Positions 25,999 through 40,345 of a stretch of DNA of 64,000 nt are shown piece by piece. Origin of the DNA: Hydrolagus colliei. Its lineage: Eukaryota. Numbering within the stretch: position 1 is the stretch's first letter; every line of letters starts with the position of its first letter. Position numbers and translations under genes: made by a program. Location: assembly GCA_035084275.1 (NCBI GenBank), contig CM068759.1, positions 3,596,001 to 3,660,000 on the forward strand, written 5' to 3'. The notes beneath the pieces are model-generated. The model was not told where the DNA came from. It saw only the letters and a program-made list of their open reading frames with translations, and searched no databases.

Positions 25999-27865
25999 GC
26001 TTCCCTTTAATGTGCAATATTGCATTTCTTTATTGAAAGGACAAATCTATTTATCTTTAATATTAGAATCCGCTTGAAAGTAAGCCATCCATATACTAAC
26101 ATTTTTATGCTCAAAGGAGATCTCGTTCACAAAGCTTGCTACCAATTCTAGCTGCTCTTCTTACATTTGGGACTTTGAGATTATTTTGTGTGTGTAAATT
26201 TTCTCTGGCAAAATATTTTTTGGCCACAGGTTTCAAAATGGTACTTGATTTATATTTTAATGAATGCATTAGAATTATATGAATTATATTTGCAATGATA
26301 TTTTCACCAAAGGAATATTTTTTATTGCTCTACTGCGTTGGAAACCACATTTACAATAACTTACAAATCTGGAAATTTGGCATGAAATGATATTAATTTA
26401 AATATATATATGTATTCTTATTTTTATCGTTCATGTTGGTTTACTGTCCTAAACCCTCCTTCGACTGCTATGAATTGAGCATCAATGAACTTCTCTGCAA
26501 TGTCCAACGATATTACATTGCAGCTTCGGCAACAGCAAGGGAATCCAATACAAAGTTCATACTTGGATTCTAACTCTTGAGTTTTTTGACTGAAGTTGAA
26601 ATTCATTTTCTTTTTCAGCTGTTACACCTGAACTTTAATGCGCTAATATTTTAGTTTTCTTGCATCCAGATTTGCACAGGCATCGAAAACACTTCATTAT
26701 TCCCCACTCAGTTTAACATTTGTACAACTTGCTTTGCCCCATACCTCTGTCCCCAACTATCATTAAGTCAACCTTAAGAGATGATCCAACCAACCTTTCT
26801 ATTAGTTTGTAAGACTGAAATCTGGTGATGTGGGTCTTCAAAAGTGATCAATAATGTAAAATCTTTTCACTGCAGTAACAATTTCTTTTATATTTCAGTG
26901 GGATTTTTGGAAGTGGAAGACGTCAGTGCCTTGCAACAGAAAGCTTATTAAACACACCTTGAATATTATTCCATCAGAAAGGTAAGATGAACAATTTAAT
27001 ATCGCAAGCCTCCAAGGTTTTTGTATTGCGAGCATATATTAAAGCTGTATCCTATAACCATGTTAGTTTAGTTGAAGAATCTCTGATCGCAATGAAAATG
27101 GTGCATAACTTTGTGGGTTTTAAAGAAAAGCAAAATCATTCAAATCAATAATATTACAAATGTGTTTGGTAATACTGTACTGTATCTTGCCAGCAAAGAA
27201 TAAACCCAGACTATTGTGCAATGATGCACCTTTAAGTGAGTTTAGTAAATTTAGCGTCCCAAATTGTGGTCTCCGAATGCACTGCAAATACTTACCTTAC
27301 TTCACACTAGACACGATGGCAATTGGAGCGAGTATACGGTCAAAAATCTCTCTTTGGTGATGATGGATATGCTTCCCATTGTATCGGTGCAGTTGGTGGA
27401 GGCTTCAGTGGACTTTTGAGACTGTAGTGACTTGTGGTTCTGGACATGTTGTGATATGAAATGTTCATCACAACATATCCATGTTTGGTAATAATTCAGA
27501 GGGATTTGCTTCTTTGCCAACTACGGGATGGGCTTGTTCTTTCAGCATCTTTGGTTTATTAAGTTACATGTTTTATTCCCCTCCAAGGAACCAAATTAGT
27601 TTATTTTTCATTGTTGCAGTAAATAATTTGTTTCCGTGCTGATTCCCATGGAAGATACTGTGCTTCCAACATTGTCACTGGACCTGCACAAAGGCTTTCA
27701 TTAACAATTTAGAAGTCGGGGGAGCAGTGTTTCTGCTTTGCCTTTTTGGGAGGGTTATTCAGGTTAACGTTAGGGAAATAATTACTGAAATAAGCAAGTC
27801 AGAAATAGTCATTAAAAACATAATGAATGCGGGAATAAACATTTGGGAGCTCAGCATTAGTTGTT

Positions 27866-28245
27866 ATAATAATAATAATAATAATGATAATCCTTGCATT
27901 TGATATAGTGCCTTATGTCTTTTAGAGTTTTCAAAGTGCTTCTCAGAATATACCGCAAAGTAAATTGACTGTTTTTTGGGCGTAACACAGCAGCAAATTG
28001 CACACAGCAATCTCCCGCAAACAATTGTGGATGAAGTGATCAAATTATTCATTATTTTTTAAAGGGATTATTACTCCCAGAAAGCGATCAGCTGAATGAC
28101 TGACAACCGGGTTCCTGCTTCATGCTAACTAAACAGATGGGTGTGCAGTGAGGAAACTTGCCCAACGTTTCACCCTGCCCGGGAATCGACCCCAGATCCT
28201 CTCGATTATGAAATAAGTGCTCTAACCGCAAAGCTACAGGACTCC
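27866..28245 (-). mobile_element. Full-length tRNA-headed Deu SINE, longer subfamily
   Basis: Same head and tail as 48544-48880, with an extra internal segment at about 28075-28145. Confidence 0.85.
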
Positions 28246-31200
28246 AGCTAGATCCCCAGCTGTAACTCCACTATTTACTTAATTTAATATTACACAAACC
28301 CTGCAGTACACACTGTGAAGTTCATTAAGGTTTCCTCTTGCCTTTCATCATGAGCAAATATTGCTCATCAAACAGAAATGGGTGAGATTCAAGAAAGTCG
28401 CCTGAGGCTCATAATTATACTGAAAATATTTTGGTTAACTCATAAATGTTTCAGTCCTTCAGAGCCCATGTCCTTGAAACATTTCAGACAAATTGTGGAG
28501 AAAATTTTGGGAAAATTCATGACTGATTCAATGCCATAGCCTAATTATTGCTTGAACGAAAACTTTTGACAGTTTTCACTCTGTTGATAAAGTGCATCCA
28601 AGTACTGTACTTGCATTGCTTCATAGCTAGTGGAACACAACCATATCTGTGATGAGGTCTATCCCATTGTATAAGAAACAATTGGCATGAATGAAATGAT
28701 GGATATAATCTAGAAATAATAATATTGCATTTGTGCCAAAGCCCCTAAACATTTACAAACTTTTATACACATGGGCTAATAGTTTCTTGAAAAAAGACTG
28801 AGGCTTTGTAACTAAACCAGAGGTGCTCTTGCATGTCAATGTACTGTAACCCTAGCTCTCAAATATCAAGTACTGAGATCCTAAAATGTGTTACTGTATC
28901 TAGTGGGTACCATGTCTTTGAAATCATGCGATTAATATGTTTGTCCATCGGATTAATAAATGTGGACATCTTAAAGATCATTTTCCCCCTCTTATGGAAC
29001 TATTGTTTCTGACCACAATGTCTAAAAACATCCTTGTGACCCTTATTCAGAAGAATTTGCTCTTGATTGTGAGGAAAACATTGTCAATGATGACACATAT
29101 GTAAGCTTTGATCTGCGCTCGTCAAAGCAGATGAAAGATTTATTTAGCTGTGCTTTTTTTTTCATCTCTTTTCTCCCCCCACTCACCCAACACCCCCGCC
29201 CACCACCCCACCAGCCAGCCATTGCCACTTACGGTGAAAGGCATACAAATTGTGCATGAGGCTGATAAGAAATGAGGGCTGCAGGCTTCAGCCTACATGA
29301 ACATGAGATGACTAAAAGCATTTTACACTTTCCTGGGGGCAGATAGGACTGATTAGAAACATTGAAAAATCGAAGTCATCAAAGTCAGCTTCCAAGAGCT
29401 GTAATGTGGCATGATGGAAGTAATGATTGAGATAGCCATTTCAAGGTGTCGGCAGAAACACTTACTCTTTGGATAAATTTCAGTCTCTAGAGAAATGCAA
29501 AGAAAGAAGTGGATGGACAATCAGTAACTGACAACCTATGTGTTAAGTTGAACATTTGATCCTGGTAGACCTAGGCTCACATCTATCACACGATTACAGA
29601 AATCATATATTTTTGCTGCAAAATCAAAGTGACATACTTGCTGCAAGTGACATACTTTAAAAAGTGTAACTTAAAAGTGTAACTCACCTATGAGGTGGTG
29701 ACTGTCTTCTGTCATTTTTTTTCTCTAAAGAGTTCTTCCTCTTGGAATTGACATTTAATTAGTAGAAAGTGAATACTGTGTTCCTATTTTTTGTTCTCTA
29801 ACGTTTTCAATATTGTCGTGACTTCGAGTGTTTAATAACACGATGTGTATCATGGTTTACAAGACACGCCAGATGCCATAATGAATTAAACATGGGTCAA
29901 GTCTCAAAGCATTGCACTGACCGATCAATGAAGGTTAGATCTGCTGCTTATCTCAGTGAATCAATACATTTATTTTTGCAATCTTCAACAACAGTTCAGT
30001 TAAAGTTCTGATGGATCAATTCATGTTTTTGCTATCTACTCGGTGCATGAAAAGATTTTTTGTCCCTGTTATAATTGGATAGTGTTCCAAAGCCAATAGT
30101 CATAGCTACTGACTGAATGTTGCTGGAAATAGCAAACTCCTGCTAGATTGATTGTACAGTGGAATTATATTAGTGGTATTCTCTGCACAACTGCGCAGAC
30201 CTGGGATGTGCTACATATGTTCTATATCGGGCGCTGCATCGAATGCAGGGATTATTATCATTGTTGCATGCGCTCGTTTAGCATTGAAACAAAGATAAAA
30301 ACAGGAGATGTCTTTGACCTCATAAGTTATTCTTACTCGTGCCATCGTGTTGAATTGTTGAAGCCCCACAATTATATTCTGGAGATAAACACAAAGAAAA
30401 GCAAAAAAAGGAAAGATGCTGCGTTTGTCCTAAATCTGGTTTTGTCCATACCTGAACTTCCCGAAACTCCCTAATCTTGTCCTCCACACCACAAAGTTGC
30501 TTATTGCTAGCTGGTCGAATTTGGAATCCCCAACGTCTATGACAAAGGTCCAGCGATTTAAAGCTCTGGGTGAAGAATGCTCATTAAGCCTTATTTTGTC
30601 CAGAAGCTAAAGAAAGGAACAGTATTCTAATTGAATGAGTATTGATCGACTACAGAGCTGACGAGAAGTAGCTCATTATTATTAGCTTGCTCCATAGGTT
30701 TGCTACAAGTTAGTTATATTAAACATTAATGCTGGGAGAAACAGTGCACTTGAAATATATTAATTAGGGCTGTCCGAGTGAATACCTGAATGTCTAAATC
30801 ACTTCACTCTATTCTCAGACTCATAAGCCACGAGTTAGAAATCGACTTACAGAAGTCCAGCTGCAAAAATAAAAACAAATATTTTATCTTAATATCTGCA
30901 AGTGTGATTTTTAAAAATAGATGTTTGGTGTTTCATGTTTGAAATTGTAGTAATGCCCCCTTGTTGTAATAATGAGTGCACACTGACCTTTTATCTTGGG
31001 TTAAAGCTTTTTTTTCATGCTGATATACATAGCTGACTGGAATAGATGAGTAACTGCTTGTTACAATTGAAGCTGAAATTAGTTATCATCCAATTGAATA
31101 TGTTTCTTTACAAACGTTAATATGGTATCAAGATCTTGGTTTGTTTCTTTGGATATAAGTAGCCAGTTTACTCTGTGTTTCAAGATTATTGGAAGAACTA

Positions 31201-31851
31201 CACAAAATTCCTTTTAACATTAAAGCTTCACACAGATTCCATGTCGTTTCTTCAATAAGTAATGACATTTTTAGTGCACCCATAACTGGAATAAGCAATA
31301 GTAGCATAACTACCATGTCACTTGTAGGAAATTTTGTGCAGAAGATTTTTGCTGTATTGAAATACAGGACTGAGTTTCTGTAAAATGTAATGAATACAGA
31401 CTGCTTCAATTTAAATTTGATGGAGTATGCTACTCCTTTGCTCCTGATAACGTTTGCTCTGATTTATATGAATAATTTAAGGATTCTGAACATTTTAGGC
31501 TGTGTATAAAAGACAACGCTCACAAGACTGATTGTTTTTTTATTTGGTTTATGTAACATTTTCCTCCTGCAATCTCCGGGCTTTCAAAAGTCAAGTTTAG
31601 CATCACTTAACCATGTCTTCTTGCCATAATCTTGTTTTCTTTGCTGCTCTCTTCAACCTCGGTGCTGAGCTTCCCTGTGAACCTTAACCCTTTATCTAAA
31701 TTCTCACTTTTAAAGAAACACAAAAGTATGTTTCAAGGAACAGCTTTAAGATATATCTTAAATCGTACCTTTGTAACTGTCCTTTTAGTCACCTTTCCCC
31801 TCCACAAACCCATTCAGCTCCCACCATCAACTCGAGTGTTCAGCCACAATT

Positions 31852-32130
31852 GTCAAGTGCATTGGGACATCCTCCCAACATGAACGGCGCTATATAACCA
31901 TAAATGGTATTGATAAATCATCACTGATAAATTTTCTCTGTTGCGTACGTACCAACAAATCTCTCCACAATGTTGTTTTATTTATTTTTTTGTCCTTCAC
32001 CTCATGTTTGTGGGAAATTGCTGTGCGTCAAATTGGTTGATGCGTTCCCTGCAAAGGCACTGTTCACATCACAGAAAACCTTGAACCGCTCTCAGACACT
32101 TCAGACCGACCAGGTAAGGATTATTATCAT
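31852..32130 (+). mobile_element. L2 tail fragment (31852-31912) followed by degraded SINE 3' half (32005-32130)
   Basis: gggacatcctcccaacatgaacggcgctatata; tttgtgggaaattgctgtgcgtcaaattgg. Confidence 0.6.
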
Positions 32131-32969
32131 GAATTTGCAAAGCTCCATAAAATCTCCAATTCCCATGGAATTGGAAACAAACAGTACTTATATTAAAATA
32201 GAGGAAGGTAAATGGGAACGAAACGTGCAAAGTTGTAAAACCGAGCTCTTGTGCCCCTGTTTGGGAGAACATAGGAATTGCTGTATGAAGAAAGCCCAAG
32301 GCCCATCTCGTTTGCCTTTTGTAAGGGTGATTCAAATTTGTGACCCTGCGCTGAAGTAAGGACTGACACAAATGTTGCACACAAAAAATATACATGTTTA
32401 TTCAGATTAGTAATAATTGTAAGTAATTAAAGTACTTCACCGCATTGCTTACATATCGACGCATAGTTCACAATGATTTAAGTTGACCAAACCAAATGCT
32501 GCGGGTGAGATAGAGTAGTAAGGTCCAATTTAATGTCCATTTAAATCGAAATATAAGTCCATCAAAAGGCATCCAAGTATTGTTGGGCAGTTCCCAGCTT
32601 GATATCCAAGCACCATTATCCAGAATTGTTCCACTCATAGTCTTGATTTTTCCTTACTTCAGAAGCTCGAACATGCTTTGTGACTCCAAGTTCCAATTTC
32701 TACCTTTCTCCCTCTTCTTTTTCGAATCAATTTCTCTTTATCCAGTTCATTGGTGACCTTTCACCCATTGTCCTTTGCAAGCTGATTCCTCTGCAAAGAC
32801 AAACGCAAAGCAGCTCCCTCTCCAGCTGGCGACCATTTCTCTATGAGAAAATTACCTAGAGGGACTGAAAACAGTTTGCTGTTTATAAACAGTCCTTTGT
32901 TTCTTCTGCAAAGCTAGTCACAAGCAGCTCCCATCTCATGTGATTGATCATACATCTCAAGTGTATGTA

Positions 32970-33257
32970 CAGGTATTCCTCGCTTAATGTTGTAGTTTGG
33001 TTCTTGAAAAATGCGACTTGAAGTGAAACGACGTTAAGCAAAAATCATTTTTCCCATAAGAATTAATGTATAAACTGGAGTTAGGTTCTTTTGGACATTT
33101 TTCGTCAACATTTTCTAAAGAAAACATTATACTCGCTCCCTGACTCGCTGCCTGCCTGGCTCACTCACTCACTCTCTCCCTGTTATGTTCCCTATGGATC
33201 AGCAATGTAATAATGAACCAACTTTGACCGAAGCAACATTAAGCCAGGAGCGACCTG
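32970..33257. mobile_element. Tigger/pogo-like MITE, 288 bp
   Basis: TIRs CAGGTATTCCTCGCTTAATGTTG and CAACATTAAGCCAGGAGCGACCTG; TA on the left flank, right TA not preserved; subterminal ttttcccataagaattaatg motif. Confidence 0.75.
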
Positions 33258-33636
33258 GAACTCGCTAATATAATTTGAGATATTATTTAACATATTCATT
33301 ACAGAGTCTTACACCTTCCTGGTTGTCGCATGTTACAAGTCTCAGGAAGCTTTGCATCTTGTCAAGGATGGAAACTCTATCTTGCGTATTGACGCATAGT
33401 TCAGAATGGTTTCAGTTGAGCAGAAATTTAAGGTCAGCATCAGCAAATCACTGGGTCAAGTTCTGCTCTCCACTTTGTAAGAGAATTGTCACCGGAGTGT
33501 TGATTCTCTTCGTCTGCCCGCACCTCTCCTCCGTTTCAATCCTGATCTACTGGTACATATTTGTTCAGTCACAGAATCTGAAAACCTACAGGGCAAATAC
33601 ATTTTTTTTTAAAAAAAATCTGAATATAATAACATA

Positions 33637-33890
33637 AATAATAATCGCAATAATAATAATCTTTGCATTTGATATAGCGCTTTTCATATCTTATCGACGT
33701 CTCAGAGTGCAATGGTTTGCCTTGGCCTGAAATTAATGACATTAGCAAGATCAGCAGTACCAGCAGGTAGATCACAAATATATACAGTCAATTCACTTTA
33801 CAGTATATTCTGTGACGCGTTTTGAGACGTCTAGAAGACGTGAAAAGCCGCTATATCAAATTCAAGGATTATTATTGTTATTATTATTAG
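33637..33890. mobile_element. Head-to-head inverted pair of SINE 3' ends
   Basis: Minus tail at 33637-33711 and plus 3' part at about 33772-33890. Confidence 0.8.
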
Positions 33891-34984
33891 ACCAGCTAAC
33901 ACGGAATTATCTTTGAAACCAAATGCACCTTTCGACAAGTTCAACAAAATCTCCAGATTTCACACCAGACTATTAGCTCTGGCTTGAAAAACCAAATTAA
34001 ACTCCGACAAAATGTACGCTTTTTCGCTGCGAAATTACAAAACTAACCGAGTTGCTCGGCTCATTCCCATGGCAACTGGGAACCCAGGCACCCACTGTAA
34101 TTGCCTTGATGTGCTCCAGGGTCATTTTTACTAGGCAGCAGTTGAACTCGGTAGGACCTCGCAAAAGACTAATGGGATTTAACTAGATGTAGCAGTTGTT
34201 GCCACACACTATGAACAGCATTTCATCTATTTTTTGTTAAAAAAAAATAACTGCAGATGCACAATATCATTTCTGTTCCAAAGCACCAACAGACAATTGT
34301 TACGTGGGCAAACCAGCAATCATCTTTTTTTTTCTCTCCCCCGTCCCTCTCTTTTTCACTCTGAACATAATTAGCACTGTGTGCTTCTCTGAAATCATTG
34401 CCTATTATTTAATGTTTATCATCATTTGCTCCTGCTTGTGTGATTTTATGTGGTGTGATAAATTGTCGGTTCAGAAACTCCTACACTGACACCGTGTAAC
34501 AAATCTAACCCATCCAAGTGTCCAACATAACTACGCATTATCAAGCCTGTATTTGATCCTGTCTTTATTTAATCGTCAATCATGTCACCTGCAATACTAT
34601 GTTACAAACAATGAAACAATACTACAGTTTTCTTTCCAAAGCTTAACTGACTGGCATTAGAGTGGTTAGATTTTACTGAACATAAAACCAGCAGTAATGG
34701 TGGTTACCATGGCATTGCATAATATTTATTTTGACCCACCCGTTATAAATTCCATAATGAGGTTGTCTGTTAAACCTCAAGGCCTTGCTTTATCCAATAT
34801 TGATATCTGTAAGTACCTTTACCTTGATACTTTTGCATAGAAAAATAAGTTGATAAATAAATCAAGCCCAACCTTACCATTCATTAATTTATTTTTCTTA
34901 TACTTTCCACCCGAAAATGGGATTTGATTTGTAGCATTTCTCAATGGGATTCTTTGGTTCAGATCTCAATCGTACAAGTGGTTC

Positions 34985-35412
34985 CAGCACCATGGGACAT
35001 CTTCCCGATGTGAAAGGTGATATACAAATATAATTTGTTCTTGTCATTTCCGTGGTTTATGTGGGATTATCACAAAGGCGTCAGCTTCACTCGGTTGGTT
35101 TCACTCCTGCTGGGAGGTTTCAGGTGCACGCTTCTCGTTGGACTTTTGAGTTCACAGTCTATGGTGACATTTGAGGGAGTGTATTTTCAGAGTTGCTGTC
35201 CAACTGTAACATTAAACTGAAGTACAGCCTGCCTGCTCTTTAGGTGATGGACAAAGATCCCATTTACTTCATGGCTGTTTGTGGGACCGGCTGTGGGTAA
35301 ATTGGGTGCTACAATTGCAGTCGCTCCACTTGACGGCAGTGCTGTGTGAGACATATTTTGAGATGTTTCAAGATTTTAGGTGACGTAACAAGCATAAGAA
35401 GTACAATTATTG
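34985..35412 (+). mobile_element. L2 tail (34985-35045) then degraded SacSINE1-like element (about 35080-35412)
   Basis: gggacatcttcccgatgtgaaagg; cattaaactgaag...aaagatcccat...gctgtttgtgggac. Confidence 0.6.
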
Positions 35413-36662
35413 ATCACAGCACTTCCGTTGATGTGAATTTGCTGTTGCCCCCCTCCCTACCACCACCATCCACCTCCTTTTAAATCTTCCAATTAAATTG
35501 GGATTTGGCTCAGTTCTTACCTCTAATGCAGTACAACATGCAAAGTCAAAATATTTGGAGTTGAAAAGAAATGTATCCACCTATTTCACTGCAATGAGTT
35601 ACTTAAGGAGCGAATGCCGCAGACAAAATACAAAGGAGACATTCTGAAACATTTGGAACCATTGAAAAGAGCAGATCGTTTGGTGAAATTATTGTAAACT
35701 TAATTAGCTTTTATGTTTCTCTTCCTTTCACAGTATATCTTCTATTCATGTTATTATTAGAGTGCAATAAGGCATACATGTGAAGTGATTTTAATCAGCC
35801 TAGTTTGCATGTGTTTTAAACTTGTAGAAAATCAATTGAAACTCATTTCAGAGATGATTCTTTCTTTGTTTCGGATAATCTTTAGCAAATGAAACAGATT
35901 ATCTACAAATAATACATGTCTTTTGTTCACGGCAACCATTAACAAAATTGAGTTTAATTAATATGTTAGCTGATGTATTAAATCCTGGCGGTGATATGTA
36001 GATTCAATCATTATTGCTTTTACACAATGGGTTTCAATTAAAAAATTTCAGTGGGTTTTAATGGTACTGAATACAGCATTGACATATAAGAGAAAAATAA
36101 CAATTACTTGCATTCATATAGTGTCCTTCACAGGGTAGCATCCCAGAGTTGTGATTTAGAAAAGTACCAAATGCAGTTGCAGGATTGAACCTTTTCTGTA
36201 GTTATTTTTCAGATCAGCGCTTGCTTTAAACTCTTCTGTAACATTGATAAATAGGTATTTGCATATCTGATGCAAACCCAATGTCACCCAATCAAATAAA
36301 ATTTTTGAATTAAAAAGAATACAAGCGCATTTGAAAATGTCTGTTTAATCTATTTTTAAAATATATATTTCTGAGCTTTCCTGGAATACTCAAGCATTTC
36401 CTAAGGCCATAAACTAAATTTAAACTCCAGAGGTTATTTAGATTTTTTTTAATCCTCCAATGACCATTTTATATAAAAACATGGCAGGGTTCTTGATCTT
36501 ACTCTCAAAGTTCTTCAGAACTGAAATAAATAATCCCAATGAATCAGGTTTTCTCTGACTCGACCTCACCGCTTCCTGACTTCTCTGCTAAACTGCTTTT
36601 GGAATTACGAAGTCTAGTTTTTTCTTTATGATTATTGCTGCGCTCCCAATAATGTATACCCC

Positions 36663-36810
36663 AATAATAATAATTATCCCTGCATTTGATTTACCACCTT
36701 TATTGTGACTTGGGCAAAGTCTCAAAGCGCTTCACGGTTAATACTGTAAAGTGTAATGGATCGTATATTTTGTGGGCGATGTGCAGTAGCTTAAGCAAAC
36801 TATTGTGAGC
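36663..36810 (-). mobile_element. SINE 3' fragment
   Basis: aataataataat...tgcatttgat...ctcaaagcgcttcac...tttgtgggcg. Confidence 0.7.
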
Positions 36811-37576
36811 GAAAGAGGAAAGCTAATGTGTTTGGTTGAGCGGAAAATCCGAACTGGGTATTCCAGAGCTCTGAGCAGTCGCAGAAGATCGCCATTGCAC
36901 CTGCAGAGAGAGAAAATCATGAGCTGAGTTATGAGAGGTACAGAAGGTAGGGGGAGAAGGTTCACAACGTGGTTACGGAATACCAGCCTATAGAGGCAGA
37001 TATTGCTGAAGGAGCTTGTGTGCTGTCCAGACAACAGTGAGAAAAGTACACAACAGCTAAATGATGCATTGTGCGCTGCAACGTCTGTGGGAGTCTTGCA
37101 TGCAATTCCAGTTTAAGTTCCATTTGAAATGTCTTAACCACCTCTGCACAGACTGCCTATCCAGAATGAATCAAGATTGTTAATAAATCATGATGGGGAA
37201 GGAAATTTCACAATAACGTATCAGAAAATAAACAGTTTTATCATGATAAAACAATACCGTCTGATAATATATCATTAGAATTGAAGACATTTCTGACAAG
37301 AGATAATTCTAGCAGCAGTAAAGTTGCAATATTTCACCTTAAGTCAGGAAGAGAAGCTTTGGAGACTATTAACAACAAACAGAATAGACTTTTTATCTGG
37401 CCACTGTTTCCTTTTCATGATTTTGGTTTGGTTCACTGGTGCATTTTTCTTTCTGACATTTTTATTAGATGTTATAATATCCAATTTCTGCATCTATCGT
37501 CTTTGAGTCATTTTATTATTCAAGTGAAAGCCACAGCTAAGTAGTTAAAAGGCGTACGAAGTAGGGTGTTGGAGTT

Positions 37577-37623
37577 GGGGGTGGGGGGGGGGGGGGGGTG
37601 GGGGGGGGGGGTGGAGGTGGGGA
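37577..37623 (+). repeat. Poly-G tract with T interruptions (G-quadruplex capable)
   Basis: Seen directly in the sequence. Confidence 0.85.
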
Positions 37624-39858
37624 ATGTAATAGACTGAACAGATTGTACCTAAACCTACTGTAGAGAGAGTGACCTTTACAATCAGACTGCTAATCGTTGC
37701 TTCATTTGGCAGGAAATATCACACGTCTGTGTGTGAAATGTGAATTTTGATTAACCTTCCAAATGCTTAGATGCCAGTGTTATATTGGCTGCAGTGTGAT
37801 GAAATGACTCGTTGAAACGGGGGAAACAGTTTCACGATTGCCGGTAAATCTCCTTGACACCAAAATTCTACTCTGTGTAGGTAACTGCAGCCTACAGCAC
37901 AACACACCTCTGGACCAACCAAGAGATTCCCCAAATACTTCCTGTTGATGTGCTCCATTTACTTGGTGACATTCATGTTCAAGCAGTTTTTCCAATCCCA
38001 ATAGAGTATAATGTGTTCCAAATTGCTAACAATACAATATCTCAATGATAGAGCATTATTATTAATAATAACAATAGGAGACATCTACAGAGATGCAGCA
38101 CATTAACAAACATCCCATGTAGATCACAAATGGAGACATCCCTTCCTCCTCTTCCAATGTGCTGTACTCACTCTGGTTCCATGGAGGCAATACAAATATG
38201 ATCCAAATGCGTTGAAATTGTTTCTCCTGTGAAGAGCAAGAATATTTTTTGCTGACCTGTTTGCTTTTCCTTTGTAAGAAATGAACACAATATTATCCCA
38301 TCTATAATATTGGTATAATATTGCGTTTATTTCTTACAAAGGAAAAGCAAGCAGGTTTTTTTTTACATCCAATTGCAAAATGGTCATTTTTTTTTGCCTT
38401 GGGTTTGAATTTTTTTAATGGAGTGTGAGAATGTTGCATTTCACTGTACTGACAATTCTAAGCTGGCAGATCGCTAAAACTTGAGACTACTATGGAATAA
38501 TAAAATAGGTTAATTATTTTTGACAGGGCTAATAGAATAAAATTCAGTTCAATCCGAAAACCATTTCCCCTGTTTGTACCTGCATTAAAAAGGAATACAC
38601 TTAACAAAATCAATCTGATTCTCTCAGTGAGCAGCAGTACCAATGGCTGAAACCATACTTGTGTGGCACTTTCAGTTATTTCAGTTCAGAGACTTGAGCA
38701 TGTTGATGTGTTTCCATGTTTATCAAATGCTCCTGAAAGAGTGCAAAATTATCTCACTTGAATACTCCTGTGAACCAACGTGGCTGTCGGTTTTGTGCAG
38801 AGGATGGCTGATGGGAATACTACACAGTGATATCGTTGAGGGAAAAATAGCAGACGTGAGAAGTCTTAAAGTTTTCCCTCTGGAAAGGAAAATTACTGTG
38901 AAAAGGACGTTTTATCTCAGAGCAAGCATCCCCTTCAAAACATGTTCAGCTGCCTTTGTGTATCAGAGCTCAGTGGCCCAGTTCAAATGACAGCAACAAA
39001 TGACACACATTTTAAAATTGCCGTCTCGTGGATTTCAGCATTTAAACATATTGCTTTAAAAGATCCTGCACTTTATACTTCTAAAAATGCAATTGCATTG
39101 CTTTCCCCAACTTGTGTCCTCTCTCTCTCTCTCACACACTCTCCTGACCCCAATCCACCAACCCCCCACCCCCCAACAAAAACACTTAAACTTGCTCTCC
39201 TATTCAGTGTGTTTACTGAGTGAAAGTAATGAGTTTGTTATTCGCGTTTATCTTTGCTGCTGCCAGTCAGCCCAGCTCATGTTTGACACCCGCCTATGAT
39301 ACAGTCAATCTTGTATTGATGACTGACAGCTCTGTAATACAGAAATACAATAAACTTTCTTTTATTATGTCTTAAGCATTCAATGGAGTTTTGCGTTGAT
39401 TTTTCTTTACAAATGGAGACTAGAGGATGGCATTCATGACTGCGTTTTGGGATATCGAGTCCTCTTTTCCTTGTCTTAACCGATTTTTCAAAAAAATTAA
39501 ACGCAGTGTGTTTGAGACGCATCCCCAAATAGATTCAAATAGTTATATTCTTTCCCTCCTGCGGATACGATTATCAGAAGAAATAATTACTTCTGTGCCT
39601 GAATTGATCAGTCGATAACCTTAACTAAGCTTTAACTGATATCCTCTCCACATGACTGGCAATGAGAAGCTTACCAGATGCTGCGCTCTGGTAATCGCTT
39701 TGCCCGACTGTTAGAATCTGATCACCTCTTCCCAATCACTGCCTGAGGCTCATCTGGAGATGGTGACCATTTGTTCTGTAGCTGGAGTGAAGCAATCGTG
39801 ACTTCTTGCAATGCAAATAGTCAAAGTGGTATCTGACCTGCCAGGTGGTGATCAAAGT

Positions 39859-40178
39859 GGAGTCCTGTAGCTCGGTGGTTGGAGCACTCGCCTTACAATG
39901 GTGAGACCTGTGTTCAAATCCAGGCAGGTCAGGACAAAACCCTGGGCAAGTTTCCTTACTCCACAAGCCTACTAATAATCCCTCCAAAAAAACACAATAA
40001 TAGAATTGGTCATTTAAATCCACGACTGTTTGTGGGACACTGTTGTGCGCAATTGGCTGCCGCGTTTTGCCCACAAATATATAGTAAATTAACTTCATGA
40101 TATATTCTGTGAAGTGCTTTGAGACATATAGAAGATGTGAAAAGCGCTATATCAAATTCAAGGATTATTATTATTATA
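39859..40178 (+). mobile_element. Full-length tRNA(Val-like)-headed Deu SINE
   Basis: A box TAGCTCGGTGG, B box GTTCAAATCC, Deu core, (TTA)n tail. Confidence 0.9.
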
Positions 40179-40277
40179 AAGCAAGTGTGGAATAGCTGAG
40201 TATTAGAGACCTTTGGTTCAATTACCTAAAGGGATTGGGTCCTATCTACACAGATTTCTGTCCCCACGACTATCCTG

Positions 40278-40345
40278 CATCTTGGAACATCCTCCTGACT
40301 TGAAAGGCAGTATACAAATGTAATTTTTTGTTGTTGTTGGTGGTG
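40278..40345 (+). mobile_element. L2 3'-tail fragment with (GTT)n end
   Basis: catcctcctgacttgaaaggcagtatacaaatgtaatttttttgttgttgttg. Confidence 0.7.
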
